Virus record (IMG/VR): IMGVR_UViG_3300020045_005414
Location: 1 to 40,084 of that record
DNA length: 40,084 nt
From: a virus
Lineage: Duplodnaviria; Caudoviricetes
Strand: one strand, 5' to 3'
Below the pieces are notes generated by a model. It searched no databases and was not told the DNA's origin. It saw only the letters and a list, made by a program, of their open reading frames with translations. Below are positions 25,493 to 35,673 of the stretch, one piece after another (the stretch's first letter is position 1; each line of letters starts with the position of its first letter). A program made the translations under genes and the position numbers.

Positions 25493-25542
25493 TTTCTTTA
25501 TGTTTCATGGTTCTTGCCTACTCTTTAGATTTTCGGCTTCCT

Positions 25543-25788
25543 CTATACTTGTATTTTTTGTTCCATACTTGAAACTGCTTTTCTAACCGTATTTACTGAA
25601 CATTTAAAATTCTTTGCTACAATCTCATAACGCTTCATCTGAGCTGGCTCGTAATCAATAGATTTATAAAATAGATAAATATCATAGTCCTGCATAATTG
25701 ATAACGGCATACGTCCGATTTTAACAAACGTTTTTATTATCTTCATATTTGTGTTTATGTATTCAGCTACTCTTGCCATTTTTCGCAT
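25543..25788 (-). CDS. putative HTH DNA-binding protein
   Basis: C-terminal EIVAKNFKCSVNTVRKAV helix-turn-helix pattern; true start may be MARV at 25779. Confidence 0.6.
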   Translation of the reverse strand: MRKMARVAEYINTNMKIIKTFVKIGRMPLSIMQDYDIYLFYKSIDYEPAQMKRYEIVAKNFKCSVNTVRKAVSSMEQKIQV

Positions 25789-26057
25789 TTAGTTATTGAT
25801 TGTCTTGTTTTGTAAGATAGAGTGCATCCGCATTCGTCACATATCTTTTCCGATAACTCAGGAATAATTTTATCCTTTACCTTTAAAAAACTTATTGGTT
25901 CGTCAACATAAAACTCGCATCCAATACAAGTATTTTTTCTGTCCTCAGCAAGTCTTTCAATATTTGTGTTAGGATGCTTAAAATTATACAATCCTTCCTC
26001 TAATGGTTCAATCCCATTCTTAGCCAAAGATACTATTTTCTTTTTAAAACTTTGCAT
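25767..26057 (-). CDS. Cys-rich hypothetical protein
   Basis: R...CIGC...CDECGC....K......C.KW. Confidence 0.75.
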   Translation of the reverse strand: MQSFKKKIVSLAKNGIEPLEEGLYNFKHPNTNIERLAEDRKNTCIGCEFYVDEPISFLKVKDKIIPELSEKICDECGCTLSYKTRQSITKCEKWQE

Positions 26058-28869
26058 CGCTCATTACTCTTCTATCGTCCGACAATCCTTTAATTCCTTT
26101 TTGACTTCCTTTTGAAGTTCCTGCTTCTGCTCCAATTGCAACAGCTTCTGCAATCATACTGACCAACTGTGAATTATTAGCTCCGTTGGTAACTTCATTT
26201 TGATTTAATATGTTTGAAGCTCCATTTAATCCAACACCTCCTCCCGCCTGGTTAATTGCCGATAATTCATTAGCAAACATTGAAGTGCTACGGGCATTAA
26301 TAACAGATTCTCCTACGCTTAGATTTGCGCTTACATCATCGCTTGTTCCTGACCCGGCGCCACGCAATCCGATTACACCGCCTGCATATTTTGGACGTGG
26401 TATTTCAGGGTTTTTTGTAGCTGTTATTTTCTTAACATTTGCAAAACCAGCTGATATGGCTGCTCCCGCTGCAATAGCTCCTAATGCTGGACCTACAATT
26501 GGTATTCCTGCCAATGAACTAAACGCCGATTGAGCAGATTTATAAGTATCAATAGTTGTTTGAGCTATTGCAGCAGCTTTTCCTGCTTTGCTTTCTGCTC
26601 CAAAAATAGCTGCCAATGATCCAAAAGCGTTACTTGCTAAATCTAATTTATTGTTTTGTTTGTCTTGTTCAATTTGTTTGTCTAATTCAGCATACTTTGA
26701 ATTTATCAAAGAAACATCAGCTCCTGTTTGTTCAGCATTTAAAACTTCTTGTTGTCTTTTTATCTCATTCTGTGCTTTTTCAATTTCAGATTGTGCAATA
26801 AAATTATCAGCAAGTATTGTTTTTTGGTTTTCTAAATCAAGTAACTGCTTTTCTTTCGCCTGCGCATCACGTTCTATTTTTAATTGTTCTTGAGCTTTTC
26901 TATTTTCTTCATTTATAGTATTAATTTCAGAATTATATTCAGCTTGATTAATCGCTCCTTGTTCTAGCCTTAATTTTGCAAATTCTTGTTCAGCTTCTAA
27001 GTCTCTTTGTAAAGCCTCTTGTTTTAATTGGTATTGCGAATCAGATAAAAACTTTGTGCTATCTAAAATTCTTTGATTCTTTTCAATTTCAATCTGCAAT
27101 TCTAGTTCTGCATTCTGAATTAATAACTCAGCATTTTTTTGCGCAAAATCAGAGGTTATTTGTGCCTTACCAACTTCATACTCTTTTGCTGATATTTTCT
27201 TTTTATCGTATTGTAATTTTAAATCGGCAAGTTCTTTGTCTGCTAAGGTTTTATTAAAAGCAAATTCATCTTCTAAAGATTTCTTTTTAAATCCTTGGGT
27301 AGCTACAAATAAATCAATTTCAGCGCGTGATTTAGTCAACGCTCGTTCAATTGCCTGTTCATCTAATTCTTTTTGTTTATCGGCTGCTTCTTTTCTTAAT
27401 GAATTTAAATTAGCTAACTGTTCAGATTCTTGCCCAGTTATACGTTCTTGAATGTCTGAAATATTTGTTAATGCTTCAGCTCTTTGGTTTAATGCTTCTG
27501 TTGTTTCTCCTTCTGCTTTTATTTTAAGATTAGCCACTTGTAACGCTTTATTTGCAATAGCTAGTTCAGAAGCTGATTGTTTTTGCAATACAACACCTAA
27601 TTGATTATTAATTGCGATACGTTGAGAAATAGATTTAGTTTCATCATCCCTTTGTTGTCTTAATTTTTCAGCTTGATTCTGATAGTCTAATTGAATTTTT
27701 GTAGCTTGTCTTTGTTGTTTAACTAATTCACCTTCTGCTTTAGCTAGATTAGCCGAAGCAACCGAAGCGTTTTTAACTTCTTCAGTAAATTTACGAACTC
27801 CCTTTGCAGTTTCGTCAGCTCCGACAAATTCCAATGCATCAGCAATAAGCCCTAATGTTTTCTCAGCAACCGAACCAACATTTTCAAGTGTTTTAATAAA
27901 TACATCGGCAAGAAATAAACCTAAAGGTTTTATAACTTTAAATAAACCGTTAAATATCCCTGTAATCGCACCCGTTACAATTGCTAATTTTTGAGTTCCT
28001 TTTTCTGTGCTTTCTAGTGACGATTTAGCTAATTTAAAAGCACCAACAACTAAACCAACTGCAACAGCCAAGGCGGCGATAACCGCCCCAATTGGCGTAG
28101 CAATAAATGCTAATCCCGCCTTTAATGCCCCTAATATACCAACACGAATTGCTGTGAACGCTCCCGTTAATACATTACCAGCTCCTCCGGCTTCTTGTGA
28201 TTGTTGAATAAACCCCCCAATACCACCGTTAAATGCTTCTTGCGCCTTTAAGGCTTCTTCAATTGATTCAGTATAATTACCTACATTTGATTTTTGATTA
28301 GCTGTTGCGCTTGAATTTTCTTTAATGAACTGAGTATTTTTGTCCATTTGGTCATTCAATTCTTGCAATAACCTTGCCTCTTCTTCAATATTAGGATTTA
28401 ATTGATTAGCTACATTGTTTAATGCAATATTTGCAGCTCTAGCCTCATTCTTATTTGTTATTTGTCTTTCTAGTGCTGCTGTACCTAAATTGATCAAAGA
28501 TGTTGTTTTCCCCTCTGCATCTTGATACGCTTTTAATTGCGTTGTTGTTTGATTAATTTCTTTTTTAACTACTGACATTTGAGTACCTAATGCCTGCTCA
28601 GATTTGTATAAGTCCTTTTGAGTTTTCAACAATGCATCTAATTCTTTTTGATTGGCTTCAATAGCGTCTGTATTATCCCCACTTGCTTCTTCTAATGCTT
28701 TCTGAGACTTAACCAATAAATCAACTTGCTTTGCTGTTTCTTTTGATTGGTCGGCAAAAGCTTTTTGTTCTTTTCGTAAATCAAAATAAGTGTCTTGTAA
28801 ATCATTCAAATTACTTTGAAGCTTATTTGTATCTAATTGAAATGTTGCTAAATTAATTACTTCTGGCAT
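26044..28869 (-). CDS. tail tape measure protein
   Basis: 941 aa; coiled coil, NVGNY motif, A/G-rich hydrophobic stretches, C-terminal GSGTSDDV.A.LS.GESVINARST. Confidence 0.92.
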   Translation of the reverse strand: MPEVINLATFQLDTNKLQSNLNDLQDTYFDLRKEQKAFADQSKETAKQVDLLVKSQKALEEASGDNTDAIEANQKELDALLKTQKDLYKSEQALGTQMSVVKKEINQTTTQLKAYQDAEGKTTSLINLGTAALERQITNKNEARAANIALNNVANQLNPNIEEEARLLQELNDQMDKNTQFIKENSSATANQKSNVGNYTESIEEALKAQEAFNGGIGGFIQQSQEAGGAGNVLTGAFTAIRVGILGALKAGLAFIATPIGAVIAALAVAVGLVVGAFKLAKSSLESTEKGTQKLAIVTGAITGIFNGLFKVIKPLGLFLADVFIKTLENVGSVAEKTLGLIADALEFVGADETAKGVRKFTEEVKNASVASANLAKAEGELVKQQRQATKIQLDYQNQAEKLRQQRDDETKSISQRIAINNQLGVVLQKQSASELAIANKALQVANLKIKAEGETTEALNQRAEALTNISDIQERITGQESEQLANLNSLRKEAADKQKELDEQAIERALTKSRAEIDLFVATQGFKKKSLEDEFAFNKTLADKELADLKLQYDKKKISAKEYEVGKAQITSDFAQKNAELLIQNAELELQIEIEKNQRILDSTKFLSDSQYQLKQEALQRDLEAEQEFAKLRLEQGAINQAEYNSEINTINEENRKAQEQLKIERDAQAKEKQLLDLENQKTILADNFIAQSEIEKAQNEIKRQQEVLNAEQTGADVSLINSKYAELDKQIEQDKQNNKLDLASNAFGSLAAIFGAESKAGKAAAIAQTTIDTYKSAQSAFSSLAGIPIVGPALGAIAAGAAISAGFANVKKITATKNPEIPRPKYAGGVIGLRGAGSGTSDDVSANLSVGESVINARSTSMFANELSAINQAGGGVGLNGASNILNQNEVTNGANNSQLVSMIAEAVAIGAEAGTSKGSQKGIKGLSDDRRVMSDAKF

Positions 28870-28871
28870 TG

Positions 28872-30788
28872 CTATACTTTATTTATTTTTACAAACTCTC
28901 CTATTGATTTTTCGCTTTCTGCAAATGGTACTTTATTACAAATGTAATATGCATTCTCTTGCTTAAAGAATACTGGCTTTGTTAAATCTAATCCAACAAA
29001 ATCATTTTCTGTTAGTGCCATTGATATATTATGAACTCTAAAATTAATGAATATTTTTTGATATTCAGAATAGTTATTATAAACAGCTTCTTCAAATAAC
29101 GTGTTTGTGTTTATTCCAACAGGAATACTGCTCACTACTGTTTCATCATTTAGTATCTCGGATATTATTTTAAATGATCCTGCTTGGTCAAAATATCTAA
29201 TAAAATAAAACCTACCTGATAAGCCTTTATAATTAATTTCAACTACACCATTATTGTCTTTTGGTTCTGCTTCCCAAATCTTGTATTGATTTGTAGTGAC
29301 TCCGTTTATAAATTCAGTTACAATCTTTTTATCAGGAGCATAAATTTTAGACTGAGCAATTATTTTTTCATCATCAATATTTTTGTTTGGCACATATAAA
29401 AACCCGTCTCCTTGGTTATCAGTGTCTACGTTGTTTTTTAACTTGAATATATTCTTTTGCGCATAGTCATTCGTGTAAATTTCGCCTGTTCTCTCTATAA
29501 ATGTATGCGATAAATCTTGAGCGTTATCAAAATCTATCCTGCTGTCTAAAGTAATAAACTCAACTGTGTTCGTTTCTTTATTTAAAATAGGTGTCAATCC
29601 TGTTCGCCAAAGTTGTTCTTTTATAAAGTCTTTAATTAAAAAATCTTTTAATTCGTTTTCTAAAATTGTAGTCCCTAAATCTGTTTTTGAAATAACAAAA
29701 TTAGTGTTATTGTGCCTCCATTCGTATGACCTGTAAAAATTACCATTTATTTGCAACCCATCAGGAGCAGAAACAACCATTTCAATTATATCGCCAGCAT
29801 TGCATTGTAAATTAAAATTCAATAATCTTTCATCTCCAATCCCTGCAACATCTGTAATGAAGTCACTTAATATTGACCCAATTACTACACCGTTTTTTAA
29901 AATATCTACTCTAGGGTTAGTGTTTCTGTTTGCTTTACTAGGTCTTCTATAAATAACATACATTTCAGAAGTTAAATCAAAATTGTATGATGTAGTTTCT
30001 GGTATCATATATTTCCAGTTATCAATCAATGAGCCTTCTATAATTGTTGACGAGTTCCATTGTCTTAAATCTATTCCCCAATAAGAGTTACCTCCTGAAT
30101 GAACTATTGATTGGCTAGCAAAGAAATTACGAATAAGTGTTGCTACCGTTTCGTTTACTTGCCCTTGAGAAACTTCTTTAGGATAAGTAATATATAAACC
30201 ATCCAAATAAGAAAGATTCGTATAATCGCAATTAAAATTAAATGTAGAAAATATTAATTCCCATAGTTTACGAACAGAAAAAGACGGTGCTAAATAATCA
30301 ATATTTATTCCATCTTCAAATAATACCTTTCCTCCATAATCAGCAATTATGTATTTATAATAGTCATTTGTAAAAGAGTCTACAACGGTTGTAAGTAGTT
30401 TTTCATGGTTAAAATTAGACAAATCCAAATCTTTCCCCATTGTTTTATTCTCAATGGCTTTGAAAAAATCAACCATACCGTTAAGAATTGATCCTTTATA
30501 ATTACTGTCCGTGCCTGATACATTAAACCATCCTTGAGAAACTAAATCAAACCCGTTTACTTTTAATTGAGCATTGTTTTTAATATATGGTACTTGGGAG
30601 CTATCACCACTTATACCGAGTTGCTGCATTGCCTGGCTATTCTTTGGTGATTTTTCAAACTCAAATGAATTAGTACTAGAGCAAGTAACTTGCGCTAAAT
30701 CAAATATATCAGATATTTGTTTAGTGTATTTTATATTGGTACTTGCTGGCAGTTCGATTTGATTGCCGTTTATAATTAATTCGACCAT
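28872..30788 (-). CDS. tail tip/baseplate hub protein
   Basis: 638 aa; ELIING..IEL...I.YTKQISDI...STNSF N-terminus; adjacent to the tape measure gene. Confidence 0.7.
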   Translation of the reverse strand: MVELIINGNQIELPASTNIKYTKQISDIFDLAQVTCSSTNSFEFEKSPKNSQAMQQLGISGDSSQVPYIKNNAQLKVNGFDLVSQGWFNVSGTDSNYKGSILNGMVDFFKAIENKTMGKDLDLSNFNHEKLLTTVVDSFTNDYYKYIIADYGGKVLFEDGINIDYLAPSFSVRKLWELIFSTFNFNCDYTNLSYLDGLYITYPKEVSQGQVNETVATLIRNFFASQSIVHSGGNSYWGIDLRQWNSSTIIEGSLIDNWKYMIPETTSYNFDLTSEMYVIYRRPSKANRNTNPRVDILKNGVVIGSILSDFITDVAGIGDERLLNFNLQCNAGDIIEMVVSAPDGLQINGNFYRSYEWRHNNTNFVISKTDLGTTILENELKDFLIKDFIKEQLWRTGLTPILNKETNTVEFITLDSRIDFDNAQDLSHTFIERTGEIYTNDYAQKNIFKLKNNVDTDNQGDGFLYVPNKNIDDEKIIAQSKIYAPDKKIVTEFINGVTTNQYKIWEAEPKDNNGVVEINYKGLSGRFYFIRYFDQAGSFKIISEILNDETVVSSIPVGINTNTLFEEAVYNNYSEYQKIFINFRVHNISMALTENDFVGLDLTKPVFFKQENAYYICNKVPFAESEKSIGEFVKINKV

Positions 30789-31636
30789 AGTAAAGACGGA
30801 TTGAAACGGTGATATAGTCCTATTTGAAAATTAACCGCATACACTTTTTTGATGTTATCCCATTCAACTGAATTATTAGCTGTATAAACTTTCTTCCAAT
30901 CTCCATTTTGATAAGCGTAAACATCAGGACTGCAAACAAAGTCTAAAGCGTATTCTTTGTACTCCTTTGGTATTTTTGAATAAGCTTCAAGTCCGCTTTT
31001 GTTTTCGTTACCTAAATCAATTATATTGTTTGTTGCTCCAATTACACTTCCTAAATTTAATCCAGACTCTTTAGCTGTGTAGCTTTCGAATAACCAATAG
31101 CTATAACCTCCCTTTTGATTTAAAAACTTTAAATAAATATTGTTACAGCCTTTGATTCGTCTATAATCAATATTAGTAACATCGGCTAAGTTTTGTTTTT
31201 GTATTACGTATGATGAAGAAAGGAAATAATCAAATACAGGGAATCCATACCACACAGGAAGCGTCAAATAAGGTCTTAATGTTTGATTTGGAGATATTGT
31301 TTGGTTAGTATCGTTTACTCTTTTACCGCCTCTTACAAAGTCTTTTGTAAAAGTAATATTAGTTCCTTCATTGGTAGTAATAGATATTTGAATTTTGGTA
31401 GAGTTATTTGTCTCTCCGTTAGGTGCGTCCATTAAACTCTTAACAACCGATTGAATATTTACAAATACTGAATTACTAGCATCGGCATAAGAAATAAAAG
31501 GCGTGCTTATTTTTGCATTGGATAGGTTGGTAAATACCAAACGAAAGTAAACAACAGGCAAATCAGTTGAAATATTAAACCAAATTTCATTGTTAATTAA
31601 AAAACCGTTACCGTTTAAGTTATGAGAAATTATCAT
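30776..31636 (-). CDS. minor tail (distal-tail-like) protein
   Basis: YLKFLNQKGGYSYWLF...SPDVY motifs; position in the tail module. Confidence 0.65.
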   Translation of the reverse strand: MIISHNLNGNGFLINNEIWFNISTDLPVVYFRLVFTNLSNAKISTPFISYADASNSVFVNIQSVVKSLMDAPNGETNNSTKIQISITTNEGTNITFTKDFVRGGKRVNDTNQTISPNQTLRPYLTLPVWYGFPVFDYFLSSSYVIQKQNLADVTNIDYRRIKGCNNIYLKFLNQKGGYSYWLFESYTAKESGLNLGSVIGATNNIIDLGNENKSGLEAYSKIPKEYKEYALDFVCSPDVYAYQNGDWKKVYTANNSVEWDNIKKVYAVNFQIGLYHRFNPSLLWSN

Positions 31637-32090
31637 TTAATTGCTTTATTAAAACTTTGTTAATCTCAATTGTAATTCCTTCTTGAAATTGTGAGTAAAT
31701 ATAATCTAAAACTTCTTTACTATTTAAAACTTCTAATAAATCCGTTCCTTCTGGATAGTAATTAGTTCCTTCTTTTTTAATCTTCTGAGCAACTGCAAAC
31801 GCAATTGATTTAGCTTCGTTGCCTCCGATTCCAAATTTAGCGGTGACCCATGGGAGCAAAGCACTTATTGGTGGGGCAGTACCTCCCTTTCTACCGTTTA
31901 CTAACCAATACGTGTAATCAAACCCATGTATTTCACCGTTACCGTTTACTGCTCTTGGTTCTAAGCTATCCAACCATTGACCCGTTGCATTCATTCCTAA
32001 TGAAATAAACTTTGGTTTTAAAAACAAATCAATCACTCCTTGCATTGTGGAAATAATTAATTCATCTGATATGTGGATTTCATTTGTCAT
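31620..32090 (-). CDS. neck/tail-completion protein (HK97 gp10-like)
   Basis: ATG....SL...GRKGG..PP...L..W...IAFAVAQKIKKEGT. Confidence 0.65.
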   Translation of the reverse strand: MTNEIHISDELIISTMQGVIDLFLKPKFISLGMNATGQWLDSLEPRAVNGNGEIHGFDYTYWLVNGRKGGTAPPISALLPWVTAKFGIGGNEAKSIAFAVAQKIKKEGTNYYPEGTDLLEVLNSKEVLDYIYSQFQEGITIEINKVLIKQLNDNFS

Positions 32091-32239
32091 TATTTTAACT
32101 CAACACGTAAATTAGTCCCTTTAATCGCAATGCCTTTTTTGCTATTACTAGGATAATAGACTAAAGTTTTTGTTCTGTAAAATCCTGAGCAATGCGCGCG
32201 TTCAGTAGATACCGTAGTTGAGCAGTTTGTTATTCCCAT
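32090..32239 (-). CDS. 49-aa hypothetical protein (not in ORF track)
   Basis: Hand-translated MGITNCSTT...RVELK; TAATG coupling to the next gene. Confidence 0.55.
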   Translation of the reverse strand: MGITNCSTTVSTERAHCSGFYRTKTLVYYPSNSKKGIAIKGTNLRVELK

Positions 32240-32244
32240 AATCC

Positions 32245-32751
32245 TTAAGTTATTTTTGTAAAACTGTAATTAACTTTCCAACCATTATAATTATCATCCA
32301 AGTAATTATGTATCAAAGTTGCGTCCTGATTCATATCAACATTAACATTTGTAACACCTAACAATTCACAAGTATCTAAAATATTATCACAACCTAAACA
32401 TTCTATAATTGGTAAAAATATTGTGTTCCATTTTGATTCATCTACTGGATGACCTTTAATTTCGTTGTAGTTATTTACTCCTATTTGTTCTTTTTTTAAT
32501 ACCCATAATGAGAATGTCCAAATACAAGTTTTGCCTGTAACTAAACCCGTAACGCTGTTACGCTGTTTTACTTCACGAAATTTAACATCTGTTAAGAAAA
32601 CATGAACACAGCAATCTTCTTCATTAGTTTCGCTTTGAACTATATTGATTTGACTATTTACTAACGGAGCTGAGAAAGTCCAACAGAAACCGCATTTATC
32701 TTGCTCGTTCCATAAATCAACTTGATCTTTCCAAAATTTAACGATGTCCAT
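32245..32751 (-). CDS. putative tail terminator/completion protein
   Basis: 168 aa; C-terminal NYNGWKVNYSF strand; position. Confidence 0.5.
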   Translation of the reverse strand: MDIVKFWKDQVDLWNEQDKCGFCWTFSAPLVNSQINIVQSETNEEDCCVHVFLTDVKFREVKQRNSVTGLVTGKTCIWTFSLWVLKKEQIGVNNYNEIKGHPVDESKWNTIFLPIIECLGCDNILDTCELLGVTNVNVDMNQDATLIHNYLDDNYNGWKVNYSFTKIT

Positions 32752-32753
32752 AG

Positions 32754-32945
32754 TTAAGCCTGTTTTACTTTAAATCCTTTATATTTACCCCTAACAAATA
32801 AATGCTTATGTTCTTCATAAATACTTTTTGATAACAAAAGAACAGTACCTTTAGGGTAATTATTAGGTAACATTTTAATATGTTCGTCAAGTATATTCAT
32901 ATCGTATAATTTAAAGCAAAGGCGGTTGCTTATTGCTTTCGTCAA
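32754..32945 (-). CDS. hypothetical protein
   Basis: Short ORF in operon; start uncertain. Confidence 0.5.
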   Translation of the reverse strand: MTKAISNRLCFKLYDMNILDEHIKMLPNNYPKGTVLLLSKSIYEEHKHLFVRGKYKGFKVKQA

Positions 32946-33003
32946 CCTCGTTCACGTTACAGGTCATTGATGCCTCTATCTGTATTGTGACTACCGCTTG
33001 CCT

Positions 33004-33528
33004 TTACTTAATCTTTGCTAATTTCTTTTCTATTTCACTTTTCGTAACTTCTAAATACTGCTTATCAAAAACAACATTGTAAGGCAACTCACGAATCAAA
33101 TCGTATTTTAACACATCGCCTTTCGCTAAATTATCCAAAGTATTCATTAAACCAAACTGATCTAATTTATTAATTCCTGCTTGCAATAGTTTAACATCGG
33201 GGTCTGAACGTAAATAAGTTGATTCTAATTCACGAATAGTTTTCATTTCGTCAATAACCCATAAAATAAAACTCATAGCGTGATTAACTTCTATTTTTTG
33301 AATATCTGCCTTAAACAGATGTAAACCCCTATCTTTAAGCATTAAAAAAAACAATTTTTCGAAATCATTCTTTGTAAATAACTCCGGCAAAGTTTCTTTA
33401 AGCAACCCCCATTTCAAATATATAAGTGATTCAAAGTCAAAATTAAGCAAAATACTTGAACGTTTGCCGTTTTTAATAAGAAAGTTAAAATCTTCTTGAT
33501 TTATTGAAGCTAGTTTTTGGTTTAGCAT
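33004..33528 (-). CDS. putative tail assembly chaperone
   Basis: AGI..L..FG....LD.LA.GD..KYD.I..LPY..VF motif. Confidence 0.55.
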   Translation of the reverse strand: MLNQKLASINQEDFNFLIKNGKRSSILLNFDFESLIYLKWGLLKETLPELFTKNDFEKLFFLMLKDRGLHLFKADIQKIEVNHAMSFILWVIDEMKTIRELESTYLRSDPDVKLLQAGINKLDQFGLMNTLDNLAKGDVLKYDLIRELPYNVVFDKQYLEVTKSEIEKKLAKIK

Positions 33529-33531
33529 GAT

Positions 33532-33831
33532 TTATAAATAAGCATAAGAGCCATAAGAAGCATTTATTTTTGGAAAACCATTATTTAAATCAATATCAGA
33601 CATTTCAATTTTATAATCGTGCAATAGAAAGGGTTCGTTTTTAACATAAAAAACTCTTCTATGTTCGTCACTATAATGCTCGCACTTACAGTTTTCTTTT
33701 ATAAATGATTCTGCTTCTAAAATGTTTTTAAACTCAAAAACTTTTCTGTTTAATCCCTCAACAATTAAATCATCAAACTTATTCGATAATACTTTTGCTA
33801 TTTCCTGTATTACTAATTCTTGAATATTCAT
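33532..33831 (-). CDS. hypothetical protein
   Basis: 99-aa ORF. Confidence 0.7.
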   Translation of the reverse strand: MNIQELVIQEIAKVLSNKFDDLIVEGLNRKVFEFKNILEAESFIKENCKCEHYSDEHRRVFYVKNEPFLLHDYKIEMSDIDLNNGFPKINASYGSYAYL

Positions 33832-33848
33832 AATTTTTTATTTTTTGG

Positions 33849-35087
33849 TTAAGAGATATATCCACTTTTCTTTACTTTGGTTTTAGGTTTAAGTATTTCA
33901 CCTTCTTCAATATATCGAATCGGGTCAATTGTATGGTTCCATCCGTCAATAGGTACATTTAAAGAATTTCCTTTTTTATCTTTAGCCCAAATATATTTTC
34001 CTAGTTCTTCAATTAAATGAATGCTTCGCCTAGTCACATAAAAAACTGGGTAGCCTTGAATGTTCTGAACTCCAAAAGAAATACTATCTTTGCCCTTTTC
34101 AGCTCCTTCAATTAAAACTCCATGATTCCTAATTTCTACTATTGATTTAGGCTCTGCACTATCCGCAACAACATTACGCTTAAATGATTTTAATTCTTTT
34201 GCAATAGCAGAATTAACCAATCCTTTTTGATATAAAGCTTCATCGTAAATAGGTATTCCGTCGATTAAGTATTTATCTATAATAGTTGTAGGGTCGTTTG
34301 TATATCCAAAATCTACCCCTGTTTTAACATACTTTGCATTTTCTGGAATTGATTCAATTATTTTCCAATTACTAAATACAACGCCTTCTAAAGAACCAAC
34401 CAATCCAAGTCCGTAAACCTTCCATTTATTAGCCCAATATTTATTTTTGATATTTGAATCTTTGAATAATAATTCAAACGGCAATGCAGGGTCATGGAAT
34501 CCTTTGTTTTTGTAATCTAATATTGAACGAACCTCGCTTTGAGAAAGGTATTCATTGTCTTCAAACGTAAGTCTTAAGAAATTATTTTCATTTATATAAT
34601 CATCACCCCAAAATAATGCATCAGGGTTATAATCAATAATGGTTAATTTTGCACGGGATATAAATTGAACAGCTGTGTCTATATCCATTTTGTCAGCCTC
34701 ATTGATGTAAAGCAAATCACGCCTAAACCCCTTTCCAATATCATTTACATCTGCACCTAAAAAATCCAAATAACTCCCGTTTGAATATTCGTGCTTTGAC
34801 TCAGACTTGTTGAAATCGCTTTCGTCTTGAATAACTCCCCAATCTTTACAAATCTTTTTATAGTCACGAATAACTGTTCGCTTCATTTTAGACAATTCAG
34901 AACTCAAAACAGTTGCTTCTTTGTCTGAATTTAAAAGAGATTGAATTACAAGCTCTAGAATTGAAACTGTTTTGCTAGCTCCTTGACCACCACAAACGAC
35001 AAAAACATCTTCATCAGGGTTAGACATTATTAAGTCTAAAATTTTGAAGTATGCTTTTGTGTATTTAAATTTATTTTCGGCTTCCAA
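33849..35087 (-). CDS. terL: terminase large subunit (PBSX/Terminase_3-like)
   Basis: GGQGASKT Walker A, LYINEA Walker B, DYNP, GVDFGYTNDPT, ADSAEPKS, NHTIDPIRY. Confidence 0.95.
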   Translation of the reverse strand: MEAENKFKYTKAYFKILDLIMSNPDEDVFVVCGGQGASKTVSILELVIQSLLNSDKEATVLSSELSKMKRTVIRDYKKICKDWGVIQDESDFNKSESKHEYSNGSYLDFLGADVNDIGKGFRRDLLYINEADKMDIDTAVQFISRAKLTIIDYNPDALFWGDDYINENNFLRLTFEDNEYLSQSEVRSILDYKNKGFHDPALPFELLFKDSNIKNKYWANKWKVYGLGLVGSLEGVVFSNWKIIESIPENAKYVKTGVDFGYTNDPTTIIDKYLIDGIPIYDEALYQKGLVNSAIAKELKSFKRNVVADSAEPKSIVEIRNHGVLIEGAEKGKDSISFGVQNIQGYPVFYVTRRSIHLIEELGKYIWAKDKKGNSLNVPIDGWNHTIDPIRYIEEGEILKPKTKVKKSGYIS

Positions 35088-35508
35088 TGTCTGGAATATT
35101 AGGAATGTTTAATTGTCCCTTTACGTCGATTTCTTTTTTATCTGATAAGTCGTTAAGTCTTTGAGTAATTGACGGATTAAAAACGCTTAAAAGACCACCT
35201 GTTATCTGATTTTCTCTTATCGCGTTCTTTACACGCGAACAGATGGGTAAAAACTCTGAGTATTTATCATCAATATTTTTAAAATACTGTTCAATGCATC
35301 CAATTTCAATATCCCAACAATAACGCTTAAACCCCTCTAGAGTAAGAGGCAATTTTAATTCATCCGTTTCTCTTGTGCCTTCTTTTCCAACATACTGAAC
35401 TTTTAGCCATTCAGATTCTTTAGCTTTCAAATCAACGCAATAATCCTGAAACAATTCCCACATCATTTCAGGATTATCTATATTTCTTGGTCTGCCTTCT
35501 GTTGCCAT
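35071..35508 (-). CDS. terS: terminase small subunit (P22 gp3-like)
   Basis: GRPR....PE.MW..F..Y...PLTLEGF...NPSITQRL..L.DK; overlaps terL. Confidence 0.85.
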   Translation of the reverse strand: MATEGRPRNIDNPEMMWELFQDYCVDLKAKESEWLKVQYVGKEGTRETDELKLPLTLEGFKRYCWDIEIGCIEQYFKNIDDKYSEFLPICSRVKNAIRENQITGGLLSVFNPSITQRLNDLSDKKEIDVKGQLNIPNIPDIGSRK

Positions 35509-35673
35509 TTTATTTCCTAATTATAGATAATACTTCTACTAATTGATATTTATCAAAAGCTAATATCTCTTTAGCTCTTTTGTCATTTGTTTCGAATTCT
35601 TGATTCTTAAAACGTTTAGTGTCGGTTTTAGTATCATGGAATTTATTAATCACTTTTAACTTAACTGTTTTTT

